From Clostridia bacterium (GTDB taxonomy: Bacteria; Bacillota; Clostridia; JAAYHZ01): a stretch of 64,000 bases of DNA. The stretch's first letter is position 1. Each line of letters begins with the position of its first letter. The stretch is taken from the NCBI GenBank assembly GCA_050950825.1, contig JBMNIH010000002.1, positions 512,001 to 576,000 of the forward strand, in the 5' to 3' direction. Of the stretch, positions 1 to 10,252 are shown one piece after another. The position numbers and the translations under genes are program-made. A model generated the notes under the pieces. The model had not been told where the DNA came from. It saw nothing but the letters and a program-made list of their open reading frames with translations, and did not search any database.

Positions 1-38
1 AGTATGTACAGACTGATGCGATATATCTTATTCATCAT
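1..38 (-). CDS. 5' end of a gene running off the left edge (MMNKIYRISLYI...)
   Basis: GGGAG SD followed by ATG ATG, with a basic then hydrophobic start; only about 12 codons visible. Confidence 0.35.
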   Translation of the reverse strand, partial: MMNKIYRISLYI

Positions 39-112
39 TTAAAATCTCCCGTTTTATGTAATGACCGGTATTTTTATCATACCATAACATAAACGAAAAA
101 GGAACGGAAAGG

Positions 113-163
113 AAAAAGGAGGGGGACGGTTCTCCATTATGTTGAGAACCGTCCCCCTTCCTT
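113..163 (-). terminator. Rho-independent terminator
   Basis: GGGGGACGGTTCTC...GAGAACCGTCCCCC stem with a T tract on the minus strand, immediately after the L,D-transpeptidase stop. Confidence 0.8.
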
Positions 164-873
164 CATTCAAACTCTCGAAACCCCATTTTTTCCAGCATTG
201 ATCGAGTGATAATATTCGATACCAAAAGGCCGTGGTCCTTTTGAAATTCAAAAACGGCTTTTTTCATCCTTTCACCGTAAATTCCGTCCGGTTTTCCGCA
301 GTCATAACCCAGCCGGTTCAATTGTCTTTGCACTGCAAAAACATCGGCACCTCGGTCCCCCGGCTTGATATTCCGAAATCCTTTCCCGAAGACCCCGAAC
401 TCGCCGTTGACAATAAGGACCTCGGTTCCGTAAGAAACCAGTCGATAAAGCTCCGCAATGTCCCGGTTCTGCATTCGGATACAGCCGTGGCTGGAATTTC
501 TGCCAATGGACGTAGGCTTCAAAGTACCGTGCAGCCCGTACATGCCCCAAGGTACGTTCAAACCCAGCCAATAGCCGCCAAAGCCCTCTCCCCATCTTGC
601 CTTGTTAACGATTTTCCAAAGGCCGATGGGTGACGGCGTATCTTTTTTCCCGCAAGCCACGGTATATTTTTTTATCGCCTTCCCTTCATGAAACAAATAC
701 AATGTGTGGGTTTCACAATCCACCATAATCATGTATTTCATACCGGGCTTAAGCTTTTCGCTCGTTTCGGGGATCTCGTATGTCGCCGTCCCGGAGGCCG
801 ACATACCGGAAACCGTCAAAAAACATAACAAAGCAAATACGGTTAATGTTTTTCTGTTAAACTTCCAAACCAT
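163..873 (-). CDS. L,D-transpeptidase (YkuD) with C-terminal peptidoglycan-binding domain
   Basis: Signal peptide; YGLHGT...SSHGCIRM catalytic motif; DGIYG...AVFEFQKDHGL PG-binding motif. Confidence 0.92.
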   Translation of the reverse strand: MVWKFNRKTLTVFALLCFLTVSGMSASGTATYEIPETSEKLKPGMKYMIMVDCETHTLYLFHEGKAIKKYTVACGKKDTPSPIGLWKIVNKARWGEGFGGYWLGLNVPWGMYGLHGTLKPTSIGRNSSHGCIRMQNRDIAELYRLVSYGTEVLIVNGEFGVFGKGFRNIKPGDRGADVFAVQRQLNRLGYDCGKPDGIYGERMKKAVFEFQKDHGLLVSNIITRSMLEKMGFREFE

Positions 874-925
874 AAAATCCTAAGTCCGTCTAAAGTCGTT
901 TTCTAATATTTTGCGCTTGAACGAT

Positions 926-2146
926 TTATATATGTACGGTACTTTTGTCCTTTGATTTTTTTTGAACGCGATTGGAGTTCACATTTTCCTTTAAACACGA
1001 ACCGAATCCGAAAAACAACATGGAAATCCATACGAAAAGCAGCAATCCTTCCGTAATAAAAGGTGCGACAGGATGAATATTGTACAGGAAGGCACCGGGA
1101 TAAGCGGCAATACCGATCAATGTGTTGCGAAGAGAAACAAAAATAGACAACACCAGTCCCTTGTTACCGGCTTTCAAACGCTGAATCAAAACACCTTGAA
1201 CAAAATACAGCATGGCGCGATTGACGCCTCTTGAAAATAGTCCTGCGTAAACGATATAAGGATTTCGGTTTACCGTTACCGCCGTTATACCGATCCAGAA
1301 CAATAGGATTCCGAATAAAACGATATAGACGGGTTTGTATTTTGATGTATTTTTTCCGAACAGCCATGTGAATAACGAAGCGCCTATGAACAAGCATGTG
1401 AAAGCCGTTCCGATCATTTGAACGGACATATGATGATGTTCCGACAAGAAGACGGAAACATAAGGCTCGGAGATGTTCATACAAAACAGTATGAATGCAA
1501 AATAAAGCATATCGTACAATGTTCTGTCTTTTTTAATATCAAGAAATGTTTCCTTAAAGCCGTTTCCTTTTTTTTCGGGTACCGCCTCCGGCGTTTGTTT
1601 GGACATTAATAAAATGCATAACGTAGACAATAGGTACGCAACAAAAACCGATAGAAATAAAGTTTTCATATCGTATCGAGCCAAAATGGCGGCTCCGACC
1701 GAAGGAGCCAGAATAGCCCCTGCGATTCCCCCGGCGTTTATCAAAGAGTACGGAACCATTTTATCGTAAGAAGCCTTATAATCAAACACATACAACGAAA
1801 AAGCCGGTATGCAAACGGCGGTCAAGGAGTACAAGACTTGCCCTACCAAGAGCAACTCCCACCGATCGGCAAAAGCCCAAATCAAGGGGGCCGGTACCGT
1901 TATCGCCCACCCGAACAAGAGCAACCCCTTTCGATCCATACGGTCCGCCAAATAGCCTCCTAAAATGGCGAACAACCCCATAAAATAAGGAACGGAAGAA
2001 AGGAGGCTGATGACGAGCTTGGAGCCTCCTAATTCCTCAATATACAACGGAAAATATCCGATATACATGCTTTGACCAAAGGGCCAAAACATATTGGCTA
2101 ACGCCAAAAAAGTCACGTCCAAATGGAACCGACTCGGTCTTTTCAA
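926..2146 (-). CDS. MFS transporter
   Basis: About 12 hydrophobic segments; GGYLADRMDRK motif A. Confidence 0.88.
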   Translation of the reverse strand: MKRPSRFHLDVTFLALANMFWPFGQSMYIGYFPLYIEELGGSKLVISLLSSVPYFMGLFAILGGYLADRMDRKGLLLFGWAITVPAPLIWAFADRWELLLVGQVLYSLTAVCIPAFSLYVFDYKASYDKMVPYSLINAGGIAGAILAPSVGAAILARYDMKTLFLSVFVAYLLSTLCILLMSKQTPEAVPEKKGNGFKETFLDIKKDRTLYDMLYFAFILFCMNISEPYVSVFLSEHHHMSVQMIGTAFTCLFIGASLFTWLFGKNTSKYKPVYIVLFGILLFWIGITAVTVNRNPYIVYAGLFSRGVNRAMLYFVQGVLIQRLKAGNKGLVLSIFVSLRNTLIGIAAYPGAFLYNIHPVAPFITEGLLLFVWISMLFFGFGSCLKENVNSNRVQKKSKDKSTVHI

Positions 2147-2186
2147 TCGAATTTTTATACTTATCCCCGCTTTCTCTTCCTGCCTT

Positions 2187-3527
2187 TTACTCGTACCATT
2201 CGCTCTCTTTTAATGTCTTTTGTCCCGACGGTACCTCCGGTGCCGGAACTATGGTAACAAAGTCCTCTCCGACTTGCTGCAATCTTTTGTACAAACGATT
2301 TCTCATAATTTCGCTGACCTTCGCATGGGATTTATACCCTACAAGATTGTTCAACTCCCAGGGGTCGGCTTTCAAATCGTACAATTCCCACTCGATGTAT
2401 TCCGTCGGTCTTTCCGTTTTCGGAGCATCTACTTCCGCTTTCACAATGTACTTCCATCTTTTGGTACGTACACAGCGATAGCGCAATCTTCCGTCGCAGG
2501 CTTCCGCATAAATATCCTCTTGCCAATCGACATTTGTTTTGTTGACTAAAGACATAATGGAGCGACCTTCCATGGATGCAGGAATGTCAATGCCGCAAGC
2601 ATCCAAAAGCGTGGGCGGCACGTCAATCAAGCTTACCGGTTCCTTGATTCTTCCTCCCCCCGTAAACCCGGGACCGGTAAAGGCCATAGGAATATGCAGG
2701 GAAGAATCGTGGCAGCTTCGTTTGTATTCGCTGTTTCGCGTTTTAAAATGACAGCTGTGGTCGGCGGTATACGCCAATATGGTTTGATCCTTTAAATTCA
2801 AGCTGAGCAATGCATCTTGAAGGCGTCCTAAGGCTTCGTCCAATCGCTTGACCATGCCGTAGTAGCCGGGCAAATGCCGTGCGGAGGAGCCTCCTAGCGC
2901 CCTTAAATCCGGAGGAGTCCACGGATCTTGGTATTTTTCCTCGTACCCCGTAGGGGCGGGATAATCGTCGCGGGCGTTTTGGAAGTGGGGTTCTACGAAG
3001 GATAGGAAAAGGAAAAAGGGCTTATCCTTGTTCTCGGTGATGTATCGTATGGCGGCATCGGTTAAAGCGTCCACTCGATAACCCGGTAAAAACACTTTGT
3101 TTCCTTCGTCGTCGTACATATACACTTCATAAGCATCGGAGGTAAACTCCAAAATATTGGAAGCCAACCAATAATCATACCCGCTTCTTTTCTCCTTCGG
3201 AACCGGTTCCTCGTGGCACATATGCCACTTGCCGATATATGCCGTGGTATAGCCCGCTTGTTTGTACAAATGCCCCAAGGTTACGGCATCCTGAGGAAGC
3301 TCTCCTCCGTTGTTAAAAATATTCATTTGAGAGGCGTAAAGGCCGGTCTGCAGGCAGGCTCTTGCCGGCAAACAAACCGGCTGGCAAGTAAACCCATTGT
3401 AACAGTGGGTTCCTTCGATGGCCATTCGGTCGAAATTCGGTGTCAAGTCCATGGGATTGCCGTAAAGTCCGCTTGTATCCCATCGTTGCTGGTCGGTGAA
3501 AAATACGATTACATTGGGTTTACTCAT
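2187..3527 (-). CDS. Sulfatase (Cys-type)
   Basis: PNVIVFFTDQQR, CLPARA (CxPxR), GKWH, ELYDLKADPWE. Confidence 0.93.
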   Translation of the reverse strand: MSKPNVIVFFTDQQRWDTSGLYGNPMDLTPNFDRMAIEGTHCYNGFTCQPVCLPARACLQTGLYASQMNIFNNGGELPQDAVTLGHLYKQAGYTTAYIGKWHMCHEEPVPKEKRSGYDYWLASNILEFTSDAYEVYMYDDEGNKVFLPGYRVDALTDAAIRYITENKDKPFFLFLSFVEPHFQNARDDYPAPTGYEEKYQDPWTPPDLRALGGSSARHLPGYYGMVKRLDEALGRLQDALLSLNLKDQTILAYTADHSCHFKTRNSEYKRSCHDSSLHIPMAFTGPGFTGGGRIKEPVSLIDVPPTLLDACGIDIPASMEGRSIMSLVNKTNVDWQEDIYAEACDGRLRYRCVRTKRWKYIVKAEVDAPKTERPTEYIEWELYDLKADPWELNNLVGYKSHAKVSEIMRNRLYKRLQQVGEDFVTIVPAPEVPSGQKTLKESEWYE

Positions 3528-3565
3528 AACGGTTTCATTCTCTCCTTATTAATCACTCGTTCATT

Positions 3566-4108
3566 TTACACATACTGCATGCCTTTTTTCAAGGTATCGG
3601 CTTTCTCTTTCATACCTAAGGCCTCTAGAATTGCAAAGGAAAAATCCGGAGCCGTTCCGGGGCCTTTGGAGGTGACGATTCTCCCGCTTATCACCGCTTT
3701 TTCCGTCGCGATTTCCGCACCCTCCAGGTATTTTTCAAATCCCGGGTAGCATATGGCTTTCTTGCCCTTGAGCAAGCCTCGTTTTCCTAAAATCATGGGC
3801 GCCGCACAAACCGCGGCAAGTAAGATTCCTCTTTTATGCCCCTCGGCTATAATTCTGTCCACGTCCTTTGACTCATCCAGGTTTACCGTACCCGGCATTC
3901 CTCCGGGGAAAACCAAGGCGACGGCCTTGTCCAAATCCGTCTCCTTTACCGTTATATCCGCCGTAACCGTAATGCCGTGGGAGCCTTCCGTTTGAAGCTC
4001 GTCGGAAATGGATACGGATTTTACCTCCAATCCCGCGCGCCGTAAAATGTCTATAACGGTAATGGCTTCGATCTCTTCAAATCCCTTCGCTAAGAATACA
4101 TAAATCAT
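3566..4108 (-). CDS. DJ-1/YajL/ThiJ family protein
   Basis: GFEEIEA, PGGMPG, AAVCAAP, TSKGPGTA. Confidence 0.93.
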   Translation of the reverse strand: MIYVFLAKGFEEIEAITVIDILRRAGLEVKSVSISDELQTEGSHGITVTADITVKETDLDKAVALVFPGGMPGTVNLDESKDVDRIIAEGHKRGILLAAVCAAPMILGKRGLLKGKKAICYPGFEKYLEGAEIATEKAVISGRIVTSKGPGTAPDFSFAILEALGMKEKADTLKKGMQYV

Positions 4109-4141
4109 ACCGCTACCTCCTTTTCGATACCGTTTATGTTT

Positions 4142-5413
4142 TTAGCTTCTTTTCAAAAGAACGTCCTTTTCGTATTCTTTCACGTCATATAGCCAATCAT
4201 AACCGACAGGCACGTTGTGCTTCAAGCAGTAATAATCCCACACCGCGTTCCACGGCATCGATTTTAATTCTTCCAGCATGGCAAGCCTTGCGGTATAGTC
4301 TTGGGTGTTTTCATATTCTTTCATCCTGTCGGTAGGCTCTAACAGAGCGTACATCAATGCTTTTAGCATATTTCGAGTTCCGATGATCCATGCCGCCAGA
4401 CGATTGACGGATGCATCGAAAAAGTCAAGGCCGATATATACACGATTTTCAAATCCGTTTCGCAGGATCTCCTGTGCAATTTCGACCAATTCGTTTTCCA
4501 ATATGACCACGTGGTCGCTGTCCCAGCGAACCGGCCTGCTTACGTGGAGCAATACCCCGTCTAAGAACAACAACGCCGACGACAGCTTGTTCGATACGGT
4601 TTCCGTAGGATGGAAATGACCGGTATCCAATGTCAGCAAAATGTTCTTTTTCATGGCATACAGCATGTAGAATTCATGGGAGCCGACTACGTAGCTTTCC
4701 GAACCGATTCCGAACAATTTGCTTTCCACGGCATCCATCAAATATTTCTTATCGTAACGTACGGATAAAACTTCGTCCAAGGACTCCATCAGCCTTTTTC
4801 TCGGTGCAAACCGATCCACGGGGATGTCCTTGTAGCCGTCCGGAATCCATATGTTGTTCACACAGGGAGTTCCCAATTCTTTTCCGAAATAGGCACCGAT
4901 TTCACGGGTACACAAACAGTGCTCGATCCAGAAACGGCGGATGCCCGGATCTTTGTGGCTTAAGGTAAAGCCGTCATCCGCAAAAGGATGGGAAAACAAT
5001 GTGGGGTTAAAGTCCAATCCCACTTTTTGCTCTTTCGCCCAATCGACCCAGCCTTTAAAATGCTCCGGCCTGATTTCGTTTCGAGGCACTTTTTTTGAAG
5101 ACTCCAAATAGATGGCATGCAAAGACAGACGGTGCTTTCCCGGTATGTAGGTCAGCATTTTGTTAATGTCCGCTCTTAATTCGCCTACATTCTTTGCCTT
5201 GCCGGGATAATTTCCGGTCGCCTGAATCCCTCCGGACAAACCGGCATCCGGGTTTTCAAAGCCTCCTACGTCGTCTCCCTGCCAGCAGTGGATGCTTACG
5301 GGGATTCTTTCCAACCGTTGCATAACAGCTTCCGTGTCCACGCCGATTTCTTCGTACCTTTTACGCGCAATTTCGTATGCTTTTTCGATTTGACTGATCT
5401 TGTTCATATCCAT
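4142..5413 (-). CDS. rhaA: L-rhamnose isomerase
   Basis: [48 protein letters not shown]. Confidence 0.97.
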   Translation of the reverse strand: MDMNKISQIEKAYEIARKRYEEIGVDTEAVMQRLERIPVSIHCWQGDDVGGFENPDAGLSGGIQATGNYPGKAKNVGELRADINKMLTYIPGKHRLSLHAIYLESSKKVPRNEIRPEHFKGWVDWAKEQKVGLDFNPTLFSHPFADDGFTLSHKDPGIRRFWIEHCLCTREIGAYFGKELGTPCVNNIWIPDGYKDIPVDRFAPRKRLMESLDEVLSVRYDKKYLMDAVESKLFGIGSESYVVGSHEFYMLYAMKKNILLTLDTGHFHPTETVSNKLSSALLFLDGVLLHVSRPVRWDSDHVVILENELVEIAQEILRNGFENRVYIGLDFFDASVNRLAAWIIGTRNMLKALMYALLEPTDRMKEYENTQDYTARLAMLEELKSMPWNAVWDYYCLKHNVPVGYDWLYDVKEYEKDVLLKRS

Positions 5414-5423
5414 GCCTCCGTTT

Positions 5424-6062
5424 TTAAAACTCGTCCGTATATTTCAATTCTCGCTTGACAACATAAGGTTTCCAAATTTTTAAGCCCCAAACCATTATTC
5501 TGCTTTGGTATGTCTCGAATCCTACGAAAGGATGCTTCGTAAAGTCGATAGGATCCGGATCCCGCATCTCCATTATCAACCCTCCGTTGATAAACAAAAA
5601 GCACAAGCCCTCCACGGTCCCGGCTATGATCTTGTATTCCTTATTCGGTTTCGCCTCGAAAAGGGGAGTCGCCGCATACAGCCGATTTTCAGGGGCTTTT
5701 TCAAAGCCTACCTTCTGCTCCCACCATCCGTTGATGCCTACCACATACCCGGCATTTCGAATACGTTTTTCCTCGTCCCAGGTTGCATGCCACATAAAAT
5801 CCAAATCGTGGGTAGAAGGCTCCGCTAAAGACGCGGTAAATTCCATGACCAAGTCGTGGGGGTATTCAGCCTTCGAGAAAATCATACCTCCCCCGCTTGA
5901 ATCGCTTTCTCCGAAAAGCTTGCCGTCCTCCGTTTTCCAATATCCGCTTTTCACGGACCAGTCTTCTTTTAAGCTTTCTTCCGTAAAGGCTTTGTCGTAT
6001 TTTAAATCCGATCGATTAAGATCGACGGAACAATGAAGTAAATTGAGCAAATGATCGTTCAT
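5424..6062 (-). CDS. Hypothetical protein, probable beta-sandwich (ConA/DUF1080-like) fold
   Basis: GAGGGAG SD before ATG at 6062; Trp/Gly-rich beta pattern; lies within the sugar-utilisation gene run. Confidence 0.6.
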   Translation of the reverse strand: MNDHLLNLLHCSVDLNRSDLKYDKAFTEESLKEDWSVKSGYWKTEDGKLFGESDSSGGGMIFSKAEYPHDLVMEFTASLAEPSTHDLDFMWHATWDEEKRIRNAGYVVGINGWWEQKVGFEKAPENRLYAATPLFEAKPNKEYKIIAGTVEGLCFLFINGGLIMEMRDPDPIDFTKHPFVGFETYQSRIMVWGLKIWKPYVVKRELKYTDEF

Positions 6063-6081
6063 TGATGTATTCTCCCTCTTT

Positions 6082-8313
6082 TTACAAGACCGTTTTTTCA
6101 CCGGCGGTCAATCGGACCTTTTGTACTCCTTTTGCACTCCGAAAAGCGACCTCCGCCGAATCCGTCTCTTCTTTTTCCACCGTTATCACCCATTGGTCGT
6201 CCTTTTGCTCTACGGTAATCCGCAGACCTTTATGATGGAATCGTTCCAAGGGCGTCAAAGGCAATGTCATGTCCATATCGTACATAAAAAGTCCGTGGTA
6301 TTCATATAGGGCTCCGATGATGTCCCCGGCACCGACGTTCGAAGATACTCCGGGAGTGCACACGAAACCGTGGTCGCTTCTTGCCAGCTCTCCCGTTCGC
6401 ACGTTGTAGCATTCCCAAATGCTCGGATACAAAAGGCACATCCGGATAATCGCATCATAAGCTTTCGGTACCAAATCCGGGTAGTACTTTTTGCAAATGT
6501 ACATACCTAAGGAACAGGTTTTCGGCCAGCACGGTCCTCTCCAATAGACGTCTTCTCGGAACCCTTCTTCTCCTTCCGCAACCGTCCGTATGCCATAGGG
6601 TCCGATGAGTCTTTCGAAATTCTTTCTCATGGCATCTATCTTTTCTTGGTCGGCCGTACCGTACACAAAGGCAAAAAGACCGTCTACGCCTACACGGGTA
6701 TCCAACCGTCCGTCCTCCCGGATAACGCCGTACCACTTCTTTTCCTCATCCCATAAATAGCGATTCATGGCTTTTTTGGTCTTTTCGGCTTCTTCCAAAT
6801 AGAAGGCGGGATCCTCTCCTAAAATCTTTGCCATCTCTCCGAGAGCCGATTCGTAACGATAACGTTCGGCGCCGAATATGGCAGGATAGCAGTATTTTTC
6901 TTTGGGGATCCCTTCTTCACCGTAGGTAACCCGTTGGAAAACAGGCGTTGTGTCCAACCCGGTATCAAAGGACGTGGTGATAGCCCAAAGATGGAGGCTT
7001 CGAAAGGCCTCGTCTCGGGATCGATTGATGTATTCGTAATATTTTATCAAGGGTTTAAACCAACGGCGTAAGGATTCGATGTCTCCCGTAGCGTGATAAT
7101 ACCGTACGGCCGTCCACGGAAAATGAGGGGTTTGTATGACTCCCCCTTTTCCCCAACGTTCGCCGGGAATTTCCTCGTCGATATAGATGGCGTGGGTGAT
7201 GTAGCCGTCCTCTCTTTGGCTGTCCACCATCATATCCATGGCTTTTTTAATCCACAGTGACGTGTATTCGGTGTTTTGGTCGGAATGCCACTCTACCGAC
7301 GGGATCGCCCACTGCCATATCCCTTTGTACACCGGCAGGGCTTCCGTAATGCTGTGGCCCCATTGGGGATGGTCGTAGTAGTTGTTTTTAATGACCGTCC
7401 AGCATTTGTAATATACTTTCGCTTCCTTCTTGTCGTTCAACGAAACTACAGGCAACGAATTGAACCAATCGTTCCAAACCTTCGCAATCTTCTTTTCAAA
7501 ATTCTTTGTCGAAAGCGCCTTTCGGGCATGCTTCATATCCGTTGCGCTTAATCCGATGACCCATTCCTTTCGTTCCAAAGGCTTCATAAAAAGATGCTGC
7601 ATAATAACCAAATAGCGCCCGGATTTCCCTTGGGATACTTGATTTCGCTTTAAGTCTTCCTTCATGAGAACCTCGTTATCATAAAGGCCGAAATCAAAAC
7701 CTTCGGAAAATGCCAAGCAGTAGTTCATGTCGCTAAAGGAGACGATCAAGCCGTTCTCTTTTTTCTCAACGGAGAATACTTCATCGGAGCTAAGAACCGA
7801 AAAAAGGTTTTTATCGAAATCCTTTCCTTCCGTACGGCAAGTCATGTCGAAGGACCAAGTCAGAGACTTGTCATGGATACGGCCTAACCGCTCCGTACCC
7901 ATCAACGCCAAATTGGTGTATTCAAACTCTCTTTTTATTAAAGAAGGATAATAGGTTTGCTTCTTGAACAGCGCTCTGTTGGGGCCTAAAACCCGCATGA
8001 TACTCGGGTACTCGTATACCGCGAAATCGAACTTGAACTTTGGAATCAAGTCGTACCCGGTTTTGATGGAAAAATCGAAAAAGTACCCTAAGCGACTTTC
8101 TCCGGTGGGATATGCAAAAGCTTGGGTGCCGTCTTCTTCTTTCACGTAAATGGCGGTAAGCCTGGGAATGTTGTTATCGAACTCTTCGCCTAACATCTGC
8201 CAAATTCGTTTACTCATAACATCATCCGTTTCTTGGCGACCTTTTTTACGATAAGAGGCTCGATCGCCGAAGGTTTCTTTATTTGCCGTCTTATCTAGCA
8301 AAAATTCTACCAT
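6082..8313 (-). CDS. MGH1/GH63-like (alpha/alpha)6 glycoside hydrolase
   Basis: YKGIWQW, TGLDTTP, YWRGPCWP, IWECYN motifs typical of the trehalase/GH63 clan. Confidence 0.75.
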   Translation of the reverse strand: MVEFLLDKTANKETFGDRASYRKKGRQETDDVMSKRIWQMLGEEFDNNIPRLTAIYVKEEDGTQAFAYPTGESRLGYFFDFSIKTGYDLIPKFKFDFAVYEYPSIMRVLGPNRALFKKQTYYPSLIKREFEYTNLALMGTERLGRIHDKSLTWSFDMTCRTEGKDFDKNLFSVLSSDEVFSVEKKENGLIVSFSDMNYCLAFSEGFDFGLYDNEVLMKEDLKRNQVSQGKSGRYLVIMQHLFMKPLERKEWVIGLSATDMKHARKALSTKNFEKKIAKVWNDWFNSLPVVSLNDKKEAKVYYKCWTVIKNNYYDHPQWGHSITEALPVYKGIWQWAIPSVEWHSDQNTEYTSLWIKKAMDMMVDSQREDGYITHAIYIDEEIPGERWGKGGVIQTPHFPWTAVRYYHATGDIESLRRWFKPLIKYYEYINRSRDEAFRSLHLWAITTSFDTGLDTTPVFQRVTYGEEGIPKEKYCYPAIFGAERYRYESALGEMAKILGEDPAFYLEEAEKTKKAMNRYLWDEEKKWYGVIREDGRLDTRVGVDGLFAFVYGTADQEKIDAMRKNFERLIGPYGIRTVAEGEEGFREDVYWRGPCWPKTCSLGMYICKKYYPDLVPKAYDAIIRMCLLYPSIWECYNVRTGELARSDHGFVCTPGVSSNVGAGDIIGALYEYHGLFMYDMDMTLPLTPLERFHHKGLRITVEQKDDQWVITVEKEETDSAEVAFRSAKGVQKVRLTAGEKTVL

Positions 8314-8342
8314 AAATATCGAGGGATGAACAGTAAAAGAAC

Positions 8343-9167
8343 CTACCTTTGTTTCACATATTCGTATCCCGCATCGCCGCTTTCCGAATCAAAAACAACC
8401 CGTCCCTTTTCCTTAAAGCAAAATCTTGCTCGTACACGATTGCTTTCCTTTATCGTCCCGTCCATCCTGCCGAATAGAGGAGATCGTAAAGAAAAGCCTT
8501 CCGGGATATCCAAAAGATCAATCCGCAGCGTAAATCTTCCTTGGCTTAAAACGATTCGATTTTCCTCGTCGGATAAGATTTTTACCCCCTTGTAGGTGGC
8601 AAGTCGATACTCTTTATCTTCCGTTACGATTGCACATAGGCATCCCGTAAAATGAAATCCTAAAAAAGGAATCTCGGCAATGGAAAGCATAATGCTTAAA
8701 GGACGGTCAAATCGGTTGCATTGGATCCACCGGTAGGAGGAAGGAAAAGAGGTTCCGCTGTCGGATTCCATGTACCCGGTTCCGCCGTCGAAGGATACCT
8801 TCTCTCCTTCCATGCAAAGGGTACCGCAAAGAGAATGCATCATGCTGATAACGCCGTGGCGGCATTCCATGGGAAAGAACCGAAAGGGTCCCATAATATC
8901 CGACCGAAGAGGAGTCAAAGGACCGTAACGAATCTCGCCCTTTATTCCGGGCAAATCGATATAAGAGCCCTTTGTAGAAAAGATGCACTTGTCGGCAACG
9001 ATGCCTCCTTTGTATATGTTCAGTTTTTTTACATCAAAATGATAAGAACCGTTATCGGTAATGACTTGTACAAAACTCCCGCATCGGGCAAAGCCGGGTA
9101 TAAAAGCTACGGTTTTGTCCTTCGATTGGTGTTTAAAATACCATCCTTCGAATCGATTTTTATTCAT
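8343..9167 (-). CDS. Tocopherol cyclase-like family protein
   Basis: FEGWYFK, IMGPF...MECRHGVISM, GYMESDSGTSFP; SD GGAAGGGAAG before ATG 9167. Confidence 0.8.
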   Translation of the reverse strand: MNKNRFEGWYFKHQSKDKTVAFIPGFARCGSFVQVITDNGSYHFDVKKLNIYKGGIVADKCIFSTKGSYIDLPGIKGEIRYGPLTPLRSDIMGPFRFFPMECRHGVISMMHSLCGTLCMEGEKVSFDGGTGYMESDSGTSFPSSYRWIQCNRFDRPLSIMLSIAEIPFLGFHFTGCLCAIVTEDKEYRLATYKGVKILSDEENRIVLSQGRFTLRIDLLDIPEGFSLRSPLFGRMDGTIKESNRVRARFCFKEKGRVVFDSESGDAGYEYVKQR

Positions 9168-9246
9168 TTTCTTCCCTTCCTCGTTTTTAAAGTGTTCATA
9201 GTATGCATCGTTACGGGAAAATATATTGAAAAAAGGATTGATCAAA

Positions 9247-10248
9247 ATGAAAATCGACTTTGACGCCGTGTATTACGAACCGAATATTGAGGAGTACGAC
9301 TTGGGTAAAATGCTAAAAAGTAAGTACGGGCATTTGCCTTGGATTCCCGTCGAAAGCCACAACCGAATACCCGAGCTGAGCTCATCCTGCAACAAGGAAT
9401 TTCCAAGCCTGAAAAAACATTTGATCATCGGAACGCGGAAAACTCACAAATACGTTCCGAACCAAAAGGTGTCCGATTGGCTGGTCCCCTATACCTCCTC
9501 GGGCTGCCGCGCCATGTGCCTTTACTGCTATTTGGTATGCAACTACAACAAGTGCTCTTATCTTCGATTGTTTGTCAATCGGGAGCAAATGATGGAAAAG
9601 CTTTTGGAGACCGATACCAAAAGTCCTTCGCCTCAAGTTTTCGAAATCGGCAGCAACAGCGATTTGGTGTTGGAAAACATCATCACGGGAAATCTCGTCT
9701 GGACCGTCGAGAGCTTTGCTCCGAAAAGCCGAGGATTCTTGACTTTTCCTACGAAATTCGATGCGGTAAAGCCGCTTCTTTCTTTGGACCACAAAGGGAA
9801 AATCATATTCCGAATGAGCGTCAATCCGGACGAAATCATCCGAAAAATTGAGTTCGGAACCTCTTCTTTGTCCCGAAGGATTAACGCCCTCAACGACATG
9901 GCGGAAGCGGGATATCCCGTCGGGCTTTTGATTGCGCCGGTCATATTGCTTCCCGATTGGAAGAACTTGTACGGCCGGCTGATTGACCGGCTTTCGGATA
10001 CCCTTTCCGACAAAGTGAAGCGCACGGGATTTATAGAAATCATCCTGATGACCTACAGCTTCGTACATCACGCCATCAATACGGAAGCCTTTCCTCAAGC
10101 CGTTTCTTTGTATGATAAAAGCATCATGACGGGCCGAGGCAGAGGAAAATACAGCTATCGTCAAGATATACGGGAGGAAGCGGAAAGCTTTTTAAAAGAA
10201 AAGCTTTCGAAAAGCCTAAGCTCCATGCCCATACTCTACATCTCCTAA
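9247..10248 (+). CDS. Spore photoproduct lyase-like radical SAM protein
   Basis: GCRAMCLYCYL (CxxxCxxC), RMSVNP, AGYPVGLLIAPVI, GRGKYSY. Confidence 0.85.
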   Translation: MKIDFDAVYYEPNIEEYDLGKMLKSKYGHLPWIPVESHNRIPELSSSCNKEFPSLKKHLIIGTRKTHKYVPNQKVSDWLVPYTSSGCRAMCLYCYLVCNYNKCSYLRLFVNREQMMEKLLETDTKSPSPQVFEIGSNSDLVLENIITGNLVWTVESFAPKSRGFLTFPTKFDAVKPLLSLDHKGKIIFRMSVNPDEIIRKIEFGTSSLSRRINALNDMAEAGYPVGLLIAPVILLPDWKNLYGRLIDRLSDTLSDKVKRTGFIEIILMTYSFVHHAINTEAFPQAVSLYDKSIMTGRGRGKYSYRQDIREEAESFLKEKLSKSLSSMPILYIS

Positions 10249-10252
10249 AGCC

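Noticed and set aside
9382-10164. 260-aa antisense ORF over the SPL-like gene (likewise 46283-46945 and 39528-40145)
   Set aside because: Antisense shadows of well-supported genes, with no SD or domain signal.
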